Positions 19,571 through 31,900 of a stretch of 64,000 nt of DNA are shown in pieces. Under the pieces are notes generated by a model, which did no database searches, was not told the DNA's origin, and was given only the letters and a program-made list of their open reading frames with translations. A program made the position numbers and the translations under genes. Positions within the stretch are counted from its first letter, which is position 1, and every line of letters begins with the position of its first letter. The stretch lies in contig CAYQKY010000005.1 of NCBI GenBank assembly GCA_964418125.1, positions 42,130-106,129 on the forward strand, in the 5' to 3' direction. The DNA comes from an uncultured Phaeodactylibacter sp. GTDB taxonomy: Bacteria; Bacteroidota; Bacteroidia; Chitinophagales; Saprospiraceae.

Positions 19571-19639
19571 GTTTGACTGGTTGTTACTGGATTTTACTTA
19601 ATGTTCAGCACTTAAGCTGTTCATTATGCATTTTTTGTT

Positions 19640-20440
19640 TCACTTATAATAAGTTATCCCCGCTGCCGGCGTAAAGCCCAGCACCTGGTGATAATTCGAT
19701 GCGATGTCGATCCTGAGCCCGCCGGGCAGGGCGTAGCCCAGGCCGAAGCTGAGCTGTGTGGGCTCAGTAGCTACCCCGCATCTAAGAAAGAGTGGCTCGA
19801 CTGCCTGGTATTCAATGCCGAACCGGGCGCGCGCCGGGTAATCGATATCCTTTTCCAGCTCCGCCAGCAGGCTGAGTTTTTCAGATGGCAGATAGCTGAA
19901 CCCCAGCCTGAGGATGGTGGGCAGAAACTCTTCCTCTGAAACCCTTACCCGGGCAGGGCTGAATAGGTGAATGCCCAGGTTCAGTTGGGGTAACAGCTCC
20001 GCCTGTACACCAACTTCGAAGGTAAAAGCTGCTTTATTGCCGTATTCCGGGATGCGGGTGTTGAGCATCAGGAACTGGGCGCCAATGGACAGCTTTTCAA
20101 GCAACCTCCGCCCGTATGCCAGCCCGATGCGTTGCTCATTATACCCCTCGAAACCGAAATAGTGAAGGCTAAGGCCGAAGGCGCCGGAAGGCGTAGGCAG
20201 CCCGGCCCCCAAAGCGGCCGACCTGATCTCGCTCACCAGGAAACGCTGCTCTCCGTAAGCTGTTATTGCCGGGCTTTCCAGGTAGGCCAGCCCCGCCTGG
20301 TTGGCGAAGATGCTGTTGATGTCCGTATAGGTAAGGCCGGTTTGTCCCATTGCTATACTTCGGGCTCCGCCGGCGGGAGGAGCGCCGTTCTGGGCAAACA
20401 ATACGCCCGGTAAGAGTAGTATTAAGAGAAAACACCTCAT
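19640..20440 (-). CDS. Outer-membrane beta-barrel protein with a PorV/PorQ/FadL-like N-terminal motif
   Basis: Signal peptide, then GGARSIAMGQTGLTYTDINSIFANQAGLAYL. The sequence has alternating beta-strand character and ends with the aromatic-rich ...AGITYYK. Confidence 0.45.
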   Translation of the reverse strand: MRCFLLILLLPGVLFAQNGAPPAGGARSIAMGQTGLTYTDINSIFANQAGLAYLESPAITAYGEQRFLVSEIRSAALGAGLPTPSGAFGLSLHYFGFEGYNEQRIGLAYGRRLLEKLSIGAQFLMLNTRIPEYGNKAAFTFEVGVQAELLPQLNLGIHLFSPARVRVSEEEFLPTILRLGFSYLPSEKLSLLAELEKDIDYPARARFGIEYQAVEPLFLRCGVATEPTQLSFGLGYALPGGLRIDIASNYHQVLGFTPAAGITYYK

Positions 20441-20529
20441 ATGAAATTCTTATTGCCGATTAGCGCCGATGTTGCCGGCCCCTTATCTTAAAAAGGAATG
20501 CCAGAGCTATTCATTCCATCATTCCTTCC

Positions 20530-21708
20530 TCAAACACTCACCCCATTCTCCCTTGCCACCTTCGCAAAGAACTTCCCGGCTTCTGTCATTTCCCTTTCCA
20601 TCGTGTCGAGGCCGACCCGCACCAGGCCAAAGCGGTAGGTCGGGCCGAGGTTCCATTCGAAGTTGTCCCATGTGCTCCAGTGGATAAATCCCTGCAGAGG
20701 AATGCCTTCCTTTATGGCGCGGTGGCAAACTTTCAGGTAATCCTTGATGGCCTGTATCCGCCGCTGCGGGTCGTCAGTACAGATGCCGGTTTCCAGCAGG
20801 ATGATGGGTTTGCCGTAGCGTTTGTGGAAACGGCGAAAGATCTTTCCGAGCCCTTCCGGTTTGTATCCCCACATCTTGTCGTGGGGGATGCCCATTTTAT
20901 CCAGTTTGCCGGGTTTCTCAATTTCCGTAACGGGATAGGGGGTAAAAGGCACATGGGCATAGTAACTCAGCCCAATATAGTCTACCTTTTCAAAATGGCG
21001 GGCTGCCCGGTTGATGAACCACCAGTCGGTGATCCTGGCGGGGATCTTTCCCAGCCAGTTGGTACCCTCGAAACTGCCCGTATTCAGGGAAATGCTGGCC
21101 GGTTTTTTCGGACAATGGGCCTTCAGCAGGCCGTATACCACTTCGTGGGCCTGTTTGAGGTGGCGCAGTACGCGATTTGATTTGAAAAGGCTGCGTTTGT
21201 GCGGAGGAAACACGCCCAGCAGGTAGGCGTTCATGGCATACACATTGGGCTCGTTGAACGTATTCCAGTTGAAAACGAAAGGCTCGAAGTATTCTATGCA
21301 TTGCCGGGCGTAGTCTACAAAGGCGGAAATATTGTCTTCGTTCAGCCATCCGCCATTGTTCTCAAACCACAAAGGGTTGGTGAAGTGATGCATGACGAAG
21401 AGTATGCGGGTGCCGCCATTGTTGAGCAACCGGAAAAATTTCTGGTATTCTACCACCACCTCTTTTTCGAATGGGGCGAAGGGCCCGGGCTGTAGCCTCG
21501 CCCAGTCTACTCCGCACCGGTATACCGTGCCAAATTGCATGATGTATCCGGCATCCAGTTCCCGGAGTTGTTCGTGAGCGGTAGTCTGTTCCAGGACGTG
21601 CCCGTCTCTGGCCCTGAAACCGCGCCAGTTATGGGCTGAAGCGGTTTCTGTCTGGGTGGCGGATGTTGAGGTGCCCCAAAAAAAGCCTTCCGGAAACTCA
21701 AGGTGCAT
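20530..21708 (-). CDS. Glycoside hydrolase family 1 (beta-glucosidase-like)
   Basis: FPEGFFWGTSTSATQTE, an NEP acid/base region (TFNEPNVYA), the ILLETG nucleophile region and WSTWDNFEW are present. Confidence 0.85.
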   Translation of the reverse strand: MHLEFPEGFFWGTSTSATQTETASAHNWRGFRARDGHVLEQTTAHEQLRELDAGYIMQFGTVYRCGVDWARLQPGPFAPFEKEVVVEYQKFFRLLNNGGTRILFVMHHFTNPLWFENNGGWLNEDNISAFVDYARQCIEYFEPFVFNWNTFNEPNVYAMNAYLLGVFPPHKRSLFKSNRVLRHLKQAHEVVYGLLKAHCPKKPASISLNTGSFEGTNWLGKIPARITDWWFINRAARHFEKVDYIGLSYYAHVPFTPYPVTEIEKPGKLDKMGIPHDKMWGYKPEGLGKIFRRFHKRYGKPIILLETGICTDDPQRRIQAIKDYLKVCHRAIKEGIPLQGFIHWSTWDNFEWNLGPTYRFGLVRVGLDTMEREMTEAGKFFAKVARENGVSV

Positions 21709-21730
21709 AGGCTGTGGGATTGTCAGTGGG

Positions 21731-22834
21731 TCATTCTATCCAGTCGGCCACAAAGACATTGGTACTCCGGGTGCCGCCGTTATTCCGGTTGGAAGAGAAA
21801 GCGACCCGCTTTCCATCCGGGGAAAACATCGGGAAGGCATCAAATGCATCGTCGAAGGTGATCTGCTTAAGGCCGGTGCCGTCGACGTTGATCGAGAAAA
21901 TGTTGAACTGCCGCCCACTGTCGGTATGGTGGTTGGAGGCAAAAAGGATACGCTCGCCGGACGGGTGAAAGTATGGCGCCCAATTGGCCTTGCCCAGGTT
22001 GGTGGCCTGCTGCATTTCACTGCCGTCGACATTGCAGACAAACACTTCCATGTTGGTAGGCTGCACCACGTTTTCTGCCAGCAGGCTTTTGTACAACTCC
22101 ACTTCCTCTTCGGTTTTGGGCCGGGAGGCCCGGAAGACCAGTTTTTTGCTGTCCGGAGAGAAAAAGGCCCCGCCGTCATAGCCCAGTTCGTCGGTTACCT
22201 GCCTGAGGTTGGCCCCATCAATATCCATGGTCCACAGTTCGAGGTCACCGGAGCGGGTGGAGGTGAAAACGATCTTCTTGCCGTCGGGAGAAACGGTGGC
22301 TTCCGCGTCGTAGCCCGGGCTGTCTGTCAGTTGTTTGACGATTTCCCCGTCGAGATTCGCTACAAAAATATCGAATTCCGCATAGATGGGCCAGACGTAT
22401 TTACCTTGGACGGACCGGGGCACTTCCGGGCATGCTTCATTCCCGAGATGGGTGGAGGCATAGAGAATGGCGGTATCTCCCGGCATGAAGTAAGCGCAGG
22501 TCGTCCTTCCTTTGCCGGTGCTTACCAGGGGCGGCTTGTCTCCGGAAAAACCCGTTGCCGGCATATAGAATATCTGGTCGCATTCTGCTCCCCAGTTTTC
22601 GTTAGTGGCCTGGAAACTCAGGTACTGCCCGTTGAAACTCCAGTAGGCCTCAGCATTGTCACCGCCAAAGGTCAGCTGGCGAACATTTTTCAGGTGGCCT
22701 TCCTGTGGATAGCGAAGGCTATCGGCGGTAGTATCTTCTTTAGCTTTTTCCTGGTTCTGCTGATCGGCTCCGGATGGCTGGCAGGCCGTGGCAGCCGCAA
22801 AAGACAAAAGGATGGCGATGTTTCGTATGGTCAT
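21731..22834 (-). CDS. TolB-like periplasmic beta-propeller lipoprotein (PD40/WD40-like repeats)
   Basis: The internal start MTIRNIAILLSFAAATACQPSG is a lipoprotein signal. Repeated SPDGK..vF.S.R motifs are present (FSPDSKKLVF, VSPDGKKIVFTSTRSG, FSPDGKRVAFSSNR). Confidence 0.75.
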   Translation of the reverse strand: MTIRNIAILLSFAAATACQPSGADQQNQEKAKEDTTADSLRYPQEGHLKNVRQLTFGGDNAEAYWSFNGQYLSFQATNENWGAECDQIFYMPATGFSGDKPPLVSTGKGRTTCAYFMPGDTAILYASTHLGNEACPEVPRSVQGKYVWPIYAEFDIFVANLDGEIVKQLTDSPGYDAEATVSPDGKKIVFTSTRSGDLELWTMDIDGANLRQVTDELGYDGGAFFSPDSKKLVFRASRPKTEEEVELYKSLLAENVVQPTNMEVFVCNVDGSEMQQATNLGKANWAPYFHPSGERILFASNHHTDSGRQFNIFSINVDGTGLKQITFDDAFDAFPMFSPDGKRVAFSSNRNNGGTRSTNVFVADWIE

Positions 22835-22922
22835 GCTAATTCTTCGTTTTGTGCAAATATACTGGCCGGCAGCCGGTCTCAAAAGAAAAGAAGTTTTTTT
22901 GTTACACCCCATCTTCCATTCC

Positions 22923-24002
22923 TCACAGCCCTCCATCCGCACTGTCATTCACATCCCCCACTTTCACCCCCAGCCAGTTTCGTGGGGTATTGTCCAGAGG
23001 CGAGAAAAACAATTTGCCGGCATCTCCGGAATATACCTCATCAAACGGACTGGCCGGATCCTGGAACTGGTAGCCGGGATTGACGAATATCCAGGACTCC
23101 TGCCCATTCAGTTCGGTATCAATACCAAGGATCAGGCGCCGGAGAAAGATCAGGTCCAGAGTGGTTACTTTACTGTCCCGGTTGGCGTCGGAAGCCAGGA
23201 TTAGCAATGGGCTGTTGAATGATGCCACTCCCAGAATGTGCCGGCTGATGAGCAGCAGGTCGTGGGTGCTGACTCCGTTGCGGTCCCCGCCGTTTTTAAA
23301 GGCCTGCAGGGTGTATTGCTGGCCTGCCGACAATTGGGCGTTGAGGCTGTACTGGCCGTTGACATTTGAGGTGCCGGTAGTTCCCGGCAATTCTGAGATC
23401 CCTACCGTAACGCCGTTGATGGGGCCGCCCTGAGGGGTTGTGATACTTCCTCCGCCGGTGTAATTGATCAATGGCCGCACTGCGCCGGTAGCGGCAATGG
23501 CGGCATCGACAGCATCGATGGTAGCTGCCTGAGTAGGGCCCCTGGGGTTGTAATTGACCGTTCCATCGGGTGCGATGACTACAAACGTAGGCGTGCCTAA
23601 GAAGAGCCCGTATGTGCCATTGCGATAGGGGAGGTTGGCATCCAGGCTGCCTCCATCGGCGCCCACTCCGGGAAAAGTGTGGCCATGATTGGCTTTGTAG
23701 CCGGCCACATCGGCGCTGGTGTCATCATTCTTGGTCGTCAGGCTGATAAACTCAACATCGCCGGAACCACCGCCCCAGGTCTGGTACAGTGGTTCCATCA
23801 GGGGGGCGATGGCATTACATGGAGGGCAGTAGGTGAAAAAAAGTTTGATCACCACGGTTTTGCCCTGGTTGAGGTAGTCGGTGTAAAGCCGGTGTTGTTG
23901 CCCCTGGCTGTCGGTAACCAGAAAGTCGGGAGCAAGCGGTTGAGCGGGCAGTTTGAAGAGGAGAAAAAGAACCGGAAAAATAGTTGCTGTCAGTTTTTTC
24001 AT
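22923..24002 (-). CDS. Secreted TlpA-like thioredoxin-fold protein with a carboxypeptidase-regulatory-like domain and a dockerin-like C-terminal module
   Basis: Signal peptide. The redoxin motif FFTYCPPCNAIAP is present. The EF-hand/dockerin-like pair is NGVSTHDLLLISRHILGV and DANRDSKVTTLDLIFLRRLILGI. The C-terminus reads ...GVKVGDVNDSA. Confidence 0.65.
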   Translation of the reverse strand: MKKLTATIFPVLFLLFKLPAQPLAPDFLVTDSQGQQHRLYTDYLNQGKTVVIKLFFTYCPPCNAIAPLMEPLYQTWGGGSGDVEFISLTTKNDDTSADVAGYKANHGHTFPGVGADGGSLDANLPYRNGTYGLFLGTPTFVVIAPDGTVNYNPRGPTQAATIDAVDAAIAATGAVRPLINYTGGGSITTPQGGPINGVTVGISELPGTTGTSNVNGQYSLNAQLSAGQQYTLQAFKNGGDRNGVSTHDLLLISRHILGVASFNSPLLILASDANRDSKVTTLDLIFLRRLILGIDTELNGQESWIFVNPGYQFQDPASPFDEVYSGDAGKLFFSPLDNTPRNWLGVKVGDVNDSADGGL

Positions 24003-24078
24003 GATCGGTTGGGCTTTATTATACAGCCAAGTTACTCATCTTTTAAACACTGAATGTCTGTTTTTACGTTAGAATCTT

Positions 24079-24086
24079 TACCTTTG
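24079..24086 (+). promoter_or_regulatory. Bacteroidota -7 promoter box (TAnnTTTG) upstream of lipB
   Basis: TACCTTTG lies 18 nt upstream of the ATG at 24104. Confidence 0.4.
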
Positions 24087-24103
24087 CGCCACATTTTGAA
24101 AAG

Positions 24104-24823
24104 ATGCAAAAAGTTGTATATCAAGACCTGGGGCTGATCAGTTATAAGAAGGCATGGGGTTACCAGGAGGAACGGCTCCGGGAACTGGTAGAAAGGAAGT
24201 TGAATAACCGGAAGCTGGAGCCTGAAGACAGAGAAGAGCAGCGCCATTACCTGCTATTTTGTGAACATCCCCCCGTTTACACGCTTGGAAAAAGCGGTTC
24301 ACTGGAAAACCTCCTGCTGGATGAAGAAGGATTGAAGCGGGAGGGCTTTGAATTTTTCAGGATCAACCGGGGGGGGGATATAACCTATCACGGGCCGGGG
24401 CAGGTCGTGGGATACCCCATTTTTGACCTGGACTGTTTTTTTACGGACGTGCACCGCTACGTTCGTTTTCTGGAAGAGGCCATTATCCGAACAATCGCCG
24501 AATATGGTTTAGAAGGGCTGCGGATGGAGGGATATACCGGCGTTTGGCTGGAAGCCAGTGAGCAGCGCCCCAACCGCAAGATCTGTGCGATCGGCGTTCA
24601 CCTCAGCCGATGGGTGACTATGCATGGGTTCGCTTTTAATGTGAACACTCAGTTGGCTCATTTTGACAATATCATCCCCTGCGGGATTGACGATAAAGAT
24701 AAAGGGGTCACTTCTCTGGCTCAGGAGCTGGGCGGGGAAGTTCCCATGGATGAAGTAAAAGGTAAGTTACGGCGGCATTTTGCCGGCTTATTTGGATTCG
24801 AGTTCTCGGGAAACATCCCGTAA
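24104..24823 (+). CDS. lipB: Octanoyltransferase (lipoyl(octanoyl) transferase)
   Basis: LLFCEHPPVYTLG, RGGDITYHGPGQ, KICAIGV and PCGI are conserved LipB blocks. Confidence 0.9.
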   Translation: MQKVVYQDLGLISYKKAWGYQEERLRELVERKLNNRKLEPEDREEQRHYLLFCEHPPVYTLGKSGSLENLLLDEEGLKREGFEFFRINRGGDITYHGPGQVVGYPIFDLDCFFTDVHRYVRFLEEAIIRTIAEYGLEGLRMEGYTGVWLEASEQRPNRKICAIGVHLSRWVTMHGFAFNVNTQLAHFDNIIPCGIDDKDKGVTSLAQELGGEVPMDEVKGKLRRHFAGLFGFEFSGNIP

Positions 24824-24860
24824 ACAAGGAGACGTACTCCAAATTTATGCGTTCCTGGTT

Positions 24861-25268
24861 ATGATGAAAGACATACCCAACTTAAAGGTGGAAGATATCG
24901 CCATCGCTGTCGTGCCAAGAGATGAGGATACCTCGGAAGATGATCTGTGGGATACCTATCTTATCAACCTAAAGGAAGAACCCATAACGAATGTCCTGAT
25001 TAACTCTAAAGGTTACGGGGAAGTAAATGGGGAAAAGATGAAAACGACGATCCTTCGCCATTTCTTCGAAGCGATACCTGCCCTTTCAATTGTCAAGGTC
25101 GAGCCTATACAGGTTAAACTTTTCGGGCTGACCAATGAGTATTGGGTTAGCTTTACTTACGATGAGTACATGTACGATAAGAAGTACATCTTTGTCAACG
25201 GCAGTATCGTAGAAGAGAACTTCACCCGGATTCCTTTTCTCAACAGGCAGGGAGTCATGATCCGATAA
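24861..25268 (+). CDS. Hypothetical protein (about 135 aa)
   Basis: Coding-like ORF with no recognised motif. The ATG at 24861 is preferred because the track start at 24780 overlaps lipB. Confidence 0.4.
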   Translation: MMKDIPNLKVEDIAIAVVPRDEDTSEDDLWDTYLINLKEEPITNVLINSKGYGEVNGEKMKTTILRHFFEAIPALSIVKVEPIQVKLFGLTNEYWVSFTYDEYMYDKKYIFVNGSIVEENFTRIPFLNRQGVMIR

Positions 25269-25307
25269 AATGATCCCTCCTCCTTGCCAGAGAACCAAAA
25301 TGATGAC

Positions 25308-25838
25308 ATGAGCGAACAGTTAAAGCCTAAAAGAGTAAGCGATTCCCGTACAATAATGACGGAGATGGCCATGCCCAACGATACCAACCCCATGGGAAAC
25401 CTGATGGGGGGCAATCTGCTGAGATGGATGGATATAGCTTCGGGAATCTGCGCCGGCAAGCACTGTGAAGCTCATGTCGTTACGGCTTCAGTAGACCACG
25501 TCTCCTTTCAAAAACCCATAAAACTGGGCGACGTGGTTACTCTGGAAGCGACGGTTACCCGGGCTTTCCGCACCTCCGTTGAGATCCATGTTGAAGTTTT
25601 TGCCAACGATATCAAAGGAGGAAACCCCCGCCGCTGTAATCACGCCTACTATACCTTTGTGGGGATGAATGACGAAGGCAGCCCTCAACCGGTGCCGCCG
25701 GTACTGCCCCTCACCGAGATCGAGCAACAACGTTATGACAGCGCCTCCAAGCGAAGGGAAATGCGGCTTATCCTCAGCGGCAGGATCAAACCCGAAGAAG
25801 CGACGGAATTCCGCGCTTTGTTCCTTGCCAGGGAGTGA
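25308..25838 (+). CDS. Acyl-CoA thioesterase (hotdog fold, YciA-like)
   Basis: MPNDTNPMGNLMGGNLLRWMD...ASVDHVSF matches the 4HBT/acyl-CoA hydrolase pattern. The ATG at 25308 is preferred over the TTG at 25284. Confidence 0.8.
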   Translation: MSEQLKPKRVSDSRTIMTEMAMPNDTNPMGNLMGGNLLRWMDIASGICAGKHCEAHVVTASVDHVSFQKPIKLGDVVTLEATVTRAFRTSVEIHVEVFANDIKGGNPRRCNHAYYTFVGMNDEGSPQPVPPVLPLTEIEQQRYDSASKRREMRLILSGRIKPEEATEFRALFLARE

Positions 25839-25895
25839 GGGAAAGAAGGAATGATTAAGGGTAGCCCATTCATCAATCATTCCCTCGTTCCTTTT

Positions 25896-28634
<2,739 letters not shown>

Positions 28635-28716
28635 GATTTCAAATTGATTTCTGGTTTACCTTTTCTTTCAGAAGTTGGTTGATATAGTTTGAAATTCTTT
28701 CTCGAACGATACCCCA

Positions 28717-29556
28717 TCACAGGTTGTCCGGTTCCGGCAGTTGAAAATCCGGGTTGGCTTTCGCCCTCCAGAGGGTTTTATAGTGTTTGCCGGAACGGAA
28801 AGACCCGATGAGGGATCTGTCCGGCAGGATCTTGGCTTCGAACAGAAAGGCGTTTTCGCCGTCGAAGCGGCTCAGATAGAGCTTATCATTCTGTATGGTC
28901 CCTTCCAGAAGCCCATAGTTGCCGGTTTCGGTAAGGAAGGCGCCGGACAAGTGGTTGCCATCCTGTTTGAACTCACCCACGGCCTTGTAGGGCTCCTCTT
29001 CGCCTTCGATCCCGAAAGTAGCTTCCCACCGTCCGCTGACGTCCATGGCCGGTTTTTTGCGCAGGGTGGTAAAACGATGGGCCTGCCCCTGATAGGCTTT
29101 GAATGGGATCCGGTAATTTTCCCTGCCTTTGTCAACCCATTCTCCTTCCATAACGTCTTCTTCGAAGATGGCCCGTATGTAGGAATCGCTGGCCGGCAGG
29201 CTGATCACCACCGTGTCTTTAGCGGTAGAACGGTCGCGGCCGATGAAAATATTGTCCAGTTTGATCCTTTCCTGGCCGTTGATGACCTCGATGTAAAAGT
29301 TCTGTTTATCTGTGTACTTGACCTCGAAGTTGAACGGCAGCTCTCCCTGTGTCACCTCCTCAAATTCCAGGTTCATCAGTTGGGGAAGGGGCTTTCCCTC
29401 AGGGTTGGCCACCAGGGAGCGTGGCTCCAGTTCCAGAATGGCTCTCCACGGCCCGGGCGGCAGCCCGGTAAAAGGGTTCTCAACAACAATACAGGAAGGC
29501 CATCCTGAAATCAAAACCAATACCAGTATCCAAAAGGGCTTTGCGTGCCTTTTCAT
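28717..29556 (-). CDS. Hypothetical secreted protein or lipoprotein
   Basis: The N-terminus MKRHAKPFWILVLVLISGWPSC is signal-like. The rest is beta-rich with no recognised catalytic motif. Confidence 0.5.
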   Translation of the reverse strand: MKRHAKPFWILVLVLISGWPSCIVVENPFTGLPPGPWRAILELEPRSLVANPEGKPLPQLMNLEFEEVTQGELPFNFEVKYTDKQNFYIEVINGQERIKLDNIFIGRDRSTAKDTVVISLPASDSYIRAIFEEDVMEGEWVDKGRENYRIPFKAYQGQAHRFTTLRKKPAMDVSGRWEATFGIEGEEEPYKAVGEFKQDGNHLSGAFLTETGNYGLLEGTIQNDKLYLSRFDGENAFLFEAKILPDRSLIGSFRSGKHYKTLWRAKANPDFQLPEPDNL

Positions 29557-29751
29557 TGCTTTATTTTACTAAAAAATTTCCGAAAAGATTCACCTACTCT
29601 GACAAAATTTGCACACAGCTGCGGCCGAAGTGCCGTAAGGCTCTTTTTCCGGGCCCGGATGGCGCTTTCTGTGCAATTGGCCAGAGAACAGAACTGGGGT
29701 GATAATGTTAAAACCCCATTATTCGCCCATTGTTGCTGTGAAAAGCGATTC

Positions 29752-30285
29752 CTACCGCGTTTTTTCGCCTATGAAGTAGTCCTCCTTGTATTTGAAGAGG
29801 ACATTAAAAGTAGTAAGGCTTCCGTATATGCGGGTTATGTACTGCTGCAGGTTCACTTTCTCCTCGTCGTTGAGGTTAGAACTGTTGATCCTTTGTTCCA
29901 TAACCCGCAATCGGTCTCTGACCATAACGACCTTATGGAAAAAGGTTTCAATCGGGATCTCTTTTTCTTTCAAGCCCTCTTCGCCCGGCCGGAGGATCAT
30001 CACCCCGCCGTCCCACCGGTCACCAAGAGGGATTTCTTCCGAAATATCGGAAAAGGCGCGCAGTACCTTGATCATGGATTTTTCGATCTCGTTGAATGAG
30101 ATGCCCTCTTCGGGAGGAATGGCCTCAATGATCTCCCATTTTTCGTAATCCTTACCTACCTGTTTGATCCCATAAAGCATAAAACAAACGTCATAGGCAG
30201 CTTTGTGCAGGCGTATGACCGCTCCTTCCCCGTAAGCCGGGTGCCGAACGCGGGAACCAATGCCGAGGATCTGTTTTTCGCTCAT
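29752..30285 (-). CDS. Hypothetical cytoplasmic protein (177 aa)
   Basis: The internal start MSEKQILGIGSRVRHPAYGEGAVI... is used. The track ORF extends to 30828 only by reading through the 3' end of the symporter gene in another frame. Confidence 0.45.
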   Translation of the reverse strand: MSEKQILGIGSRVRHPAYGEGAVIRLHKAAYDVCFMLYGIKQVGKDYEKWEIIEAIPPEEGISFNEIEKSMIKVLRAFSDISEEIPLGDRWDGGVMILRPGEEGLKEKEIPIETFFHKVVMVRDRLRVMEQRINSSNLNDEEKVNLQQYITRIYGSLTTFNVLFKYKEDYFIGEKTR

Positions 30286-30373
30286 GTCTGTCGTTATATT
30301 TAGTTGTTTAGTATGTGTCAACTGTCCTTCTCCTGAAGGGGAAGCCCGAAAAAAAACTATCGCCACAGCCGGC

Positions 30374-30397
30374 AACAATATAACAATATAACAATCT
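30374..30397. repeat. Tandem octamer (AACAATAT) x3, third copy with one mismatch
   Basis: The sequence AACAATAT AACAATAT AACAATCT was read directly. Confidence 0.8.
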
Positions 30398-30419
30398 ATC
30401 CATCCCGGCCATTGCCTGC

Positions 30420-31844
30420 CTACAGAGCCGGCTCCGCCTTGACCTCCAGTTCCCCTTCCGACTTGGCGATCAGGCTCGAAACCGTGGCGTCGCCCGTCAC
30501 GTTGACCACGGTTCGGCACATGTCGAGGATGCGGTCGACCGGGAAGATGATGGCGATCCAGGCCGGGTTGAGGCCTACCGATTGCAGGACGATGATCATC
30601 ATCACCAGGCCGGCGCTGGGCACTGCCGCCGAGCCGATGGACGCCAGCGTGGCCGTCAGCACGATGGTGATCTGCTGGCTCAGGTTGAGGTCGACCAGGT
30701 GCATCTGCGCCAGGAAAACGACGGCTACAGCCTGGTACAGGCTGGTACCGTCCATATTGACCGTAGCGCCTATAGGCAGGACGAAGTTTGTCACATTCTG
30801 AGAAACGCCGATATTGTCGCGCACGCATTCCATGGTGACCGGCAGAGTGGCGGCGCTGGAACTGGTGGAAAAGGCCAGAAACTGGGCCGGGCTGATGCGG
30901 CGTAAAAACTCGCTGTAGGAAAGCCCTTTTACCAGCAGGCTTATCAACCCCGGGTAGAACAGAAAGATCATGGCGCCCAGCCCGAGAACCACGACAACCG
31001 AGTAGCTGAGCAATCCCTTGAAGATCTCGACGACCTCCGCCGGCGTGTCCGCCATCTTGGCGATCACCCCCGCCATGAGGGCAAAAACGAAAAAGGGAGC
31101 TGCTTCCATGACGATCTCCACCATTTTCAGGAAAACCTCGTTGATGCCGTTGACCAGGTCGATGACCGGCTTCACCTTCTCCTGAGGAATGAGTAGCAGC
31201 ACGATACCGAAGAAAATACCGAAGAAGATGACCTGCAGCATGCGCCCGCCGTCACTGAGGGCGGCGAAAATGTTATCCGGAACGAAATCCACCACGAATT
31301 GCAGCGGCCCCTGTTCTTTGAACTGCTCGGCGGCGCGCATGCGCTCTTCTACAGTTGTATTGCTTTCCTCAGCCTGCATGGCTTCGCTGGCGGCACTGAC
31401 CAGTTCAGCGTATTCCGGGTTGGAGAGATAATCTTTTCCATCCAGTATCCGCCCGCTGGGTGTGGCTTTGGCCCAGAGCTCATACTTCAGGCGGTTCTTT
31501 ATCCTTTGCCCCTCATCGATGTAATTGCCGGGCTTCAGGGTATTGACCAGAACCAGCCCGATGGTGACCGCTGCGACGGTCGTCACCAGATAGGCAAAGA
31601 GCGTTTTGGCGCCCATACGGCCCAGTTTGGCAGGGTCCGGAAGTGCTGAAACGCCGGCAATGATAGAAAACAAAACCAGGGGGACGGCGATAAACTTCAG
31701 TAGCCGGATGAAAATAACCCCGAAAGGGTCGATCCAGTTGATGGTGAATTTGTTCCAGCCCATATAACTCGATATCAGAGAGTAAATGATACCCAGGATC
31801 AGCCCTATAATGATCTTCCAGTGCAGCGGTATTTTTTTCATCAT
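30420..31844 (-). CDS. Dicarboxylate/amino acid:cation symporter (DAACS/GltP family)
   Basis: MMKKIPLHWKIIIGLILG..., SSSAATLP, GATVNMDGTSLYQ and VDRILDMCRTVVNVTGD are DAACS signatures. The start at 31844 (CATCAT) is preferred over the track start at 32111. Confidence 0.85.
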   Translation of the reverse strand: MMKKIPLHWKIIIGLILGIIYSLISSYMGWNKFTINWIDPFGVIFIRLLKFIAVPLVLFSIIAGVSALPDPAKLGRMGAKTLFAYLVTTVAAVTIGLVLVNTLKPGNYIDEGQRIKNRLKYELWAKATPSGRILDGKDYLSNPEYAELVSAASEAMQAEESNTTVEERMRAAEQFKEQGPLQFVVDFVPDNIFAALSDGGRMLQVIFFGIFFGIVLLLIPQEKVKPVIDLVNGINEVFLKMVEIVMEAAPFFVFALMAGVIAKMADTPAEVVEIFKGLLSYSVVVVLGLGAMIFLFYPGLISLLVKGLSYSEFLRRISPAQFLAFSTSSSAATLPVTMECVRDNIGVSQNVTNFVLPIGATVNMDGTSLYQAVAVVFLAQMHLVDLNLSQQITIVLTATLASIGSAAVPSAGLVMMIIVLQSVGLNPAWIAIIFPVDRILDMCRTVVNVTGDATVSSLIAKSEGELEVKAEPAL

Positions 31845-31900
31845 TTCAAATGTGCGGATTTGCGAGCCCCCAAAATAGAGAAAATCTGGGAACTGCTGTA

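Noticed and set aside
21656-23083. 475-aa plus-strand ORF spanning the GH1 start, the TolB-like gene and the redoxin gene
   Set aside because: It runs antisense across three well-supported minus-strand genes and their intergenic gaps. Its composition is low-complexity G/V/R/F with no recognisable domain.
30286-30828. N-terminal 181 aa of the 358-aa track ORF 29752-30828
   Set aside because: This part overlaps the 3' end of the DAACS symporter gene in a different frame. It is Arg/Gly/Pro-rich nonsense. A good internal start (MSEKQ...) lies at 30285, just after the symporter gene.
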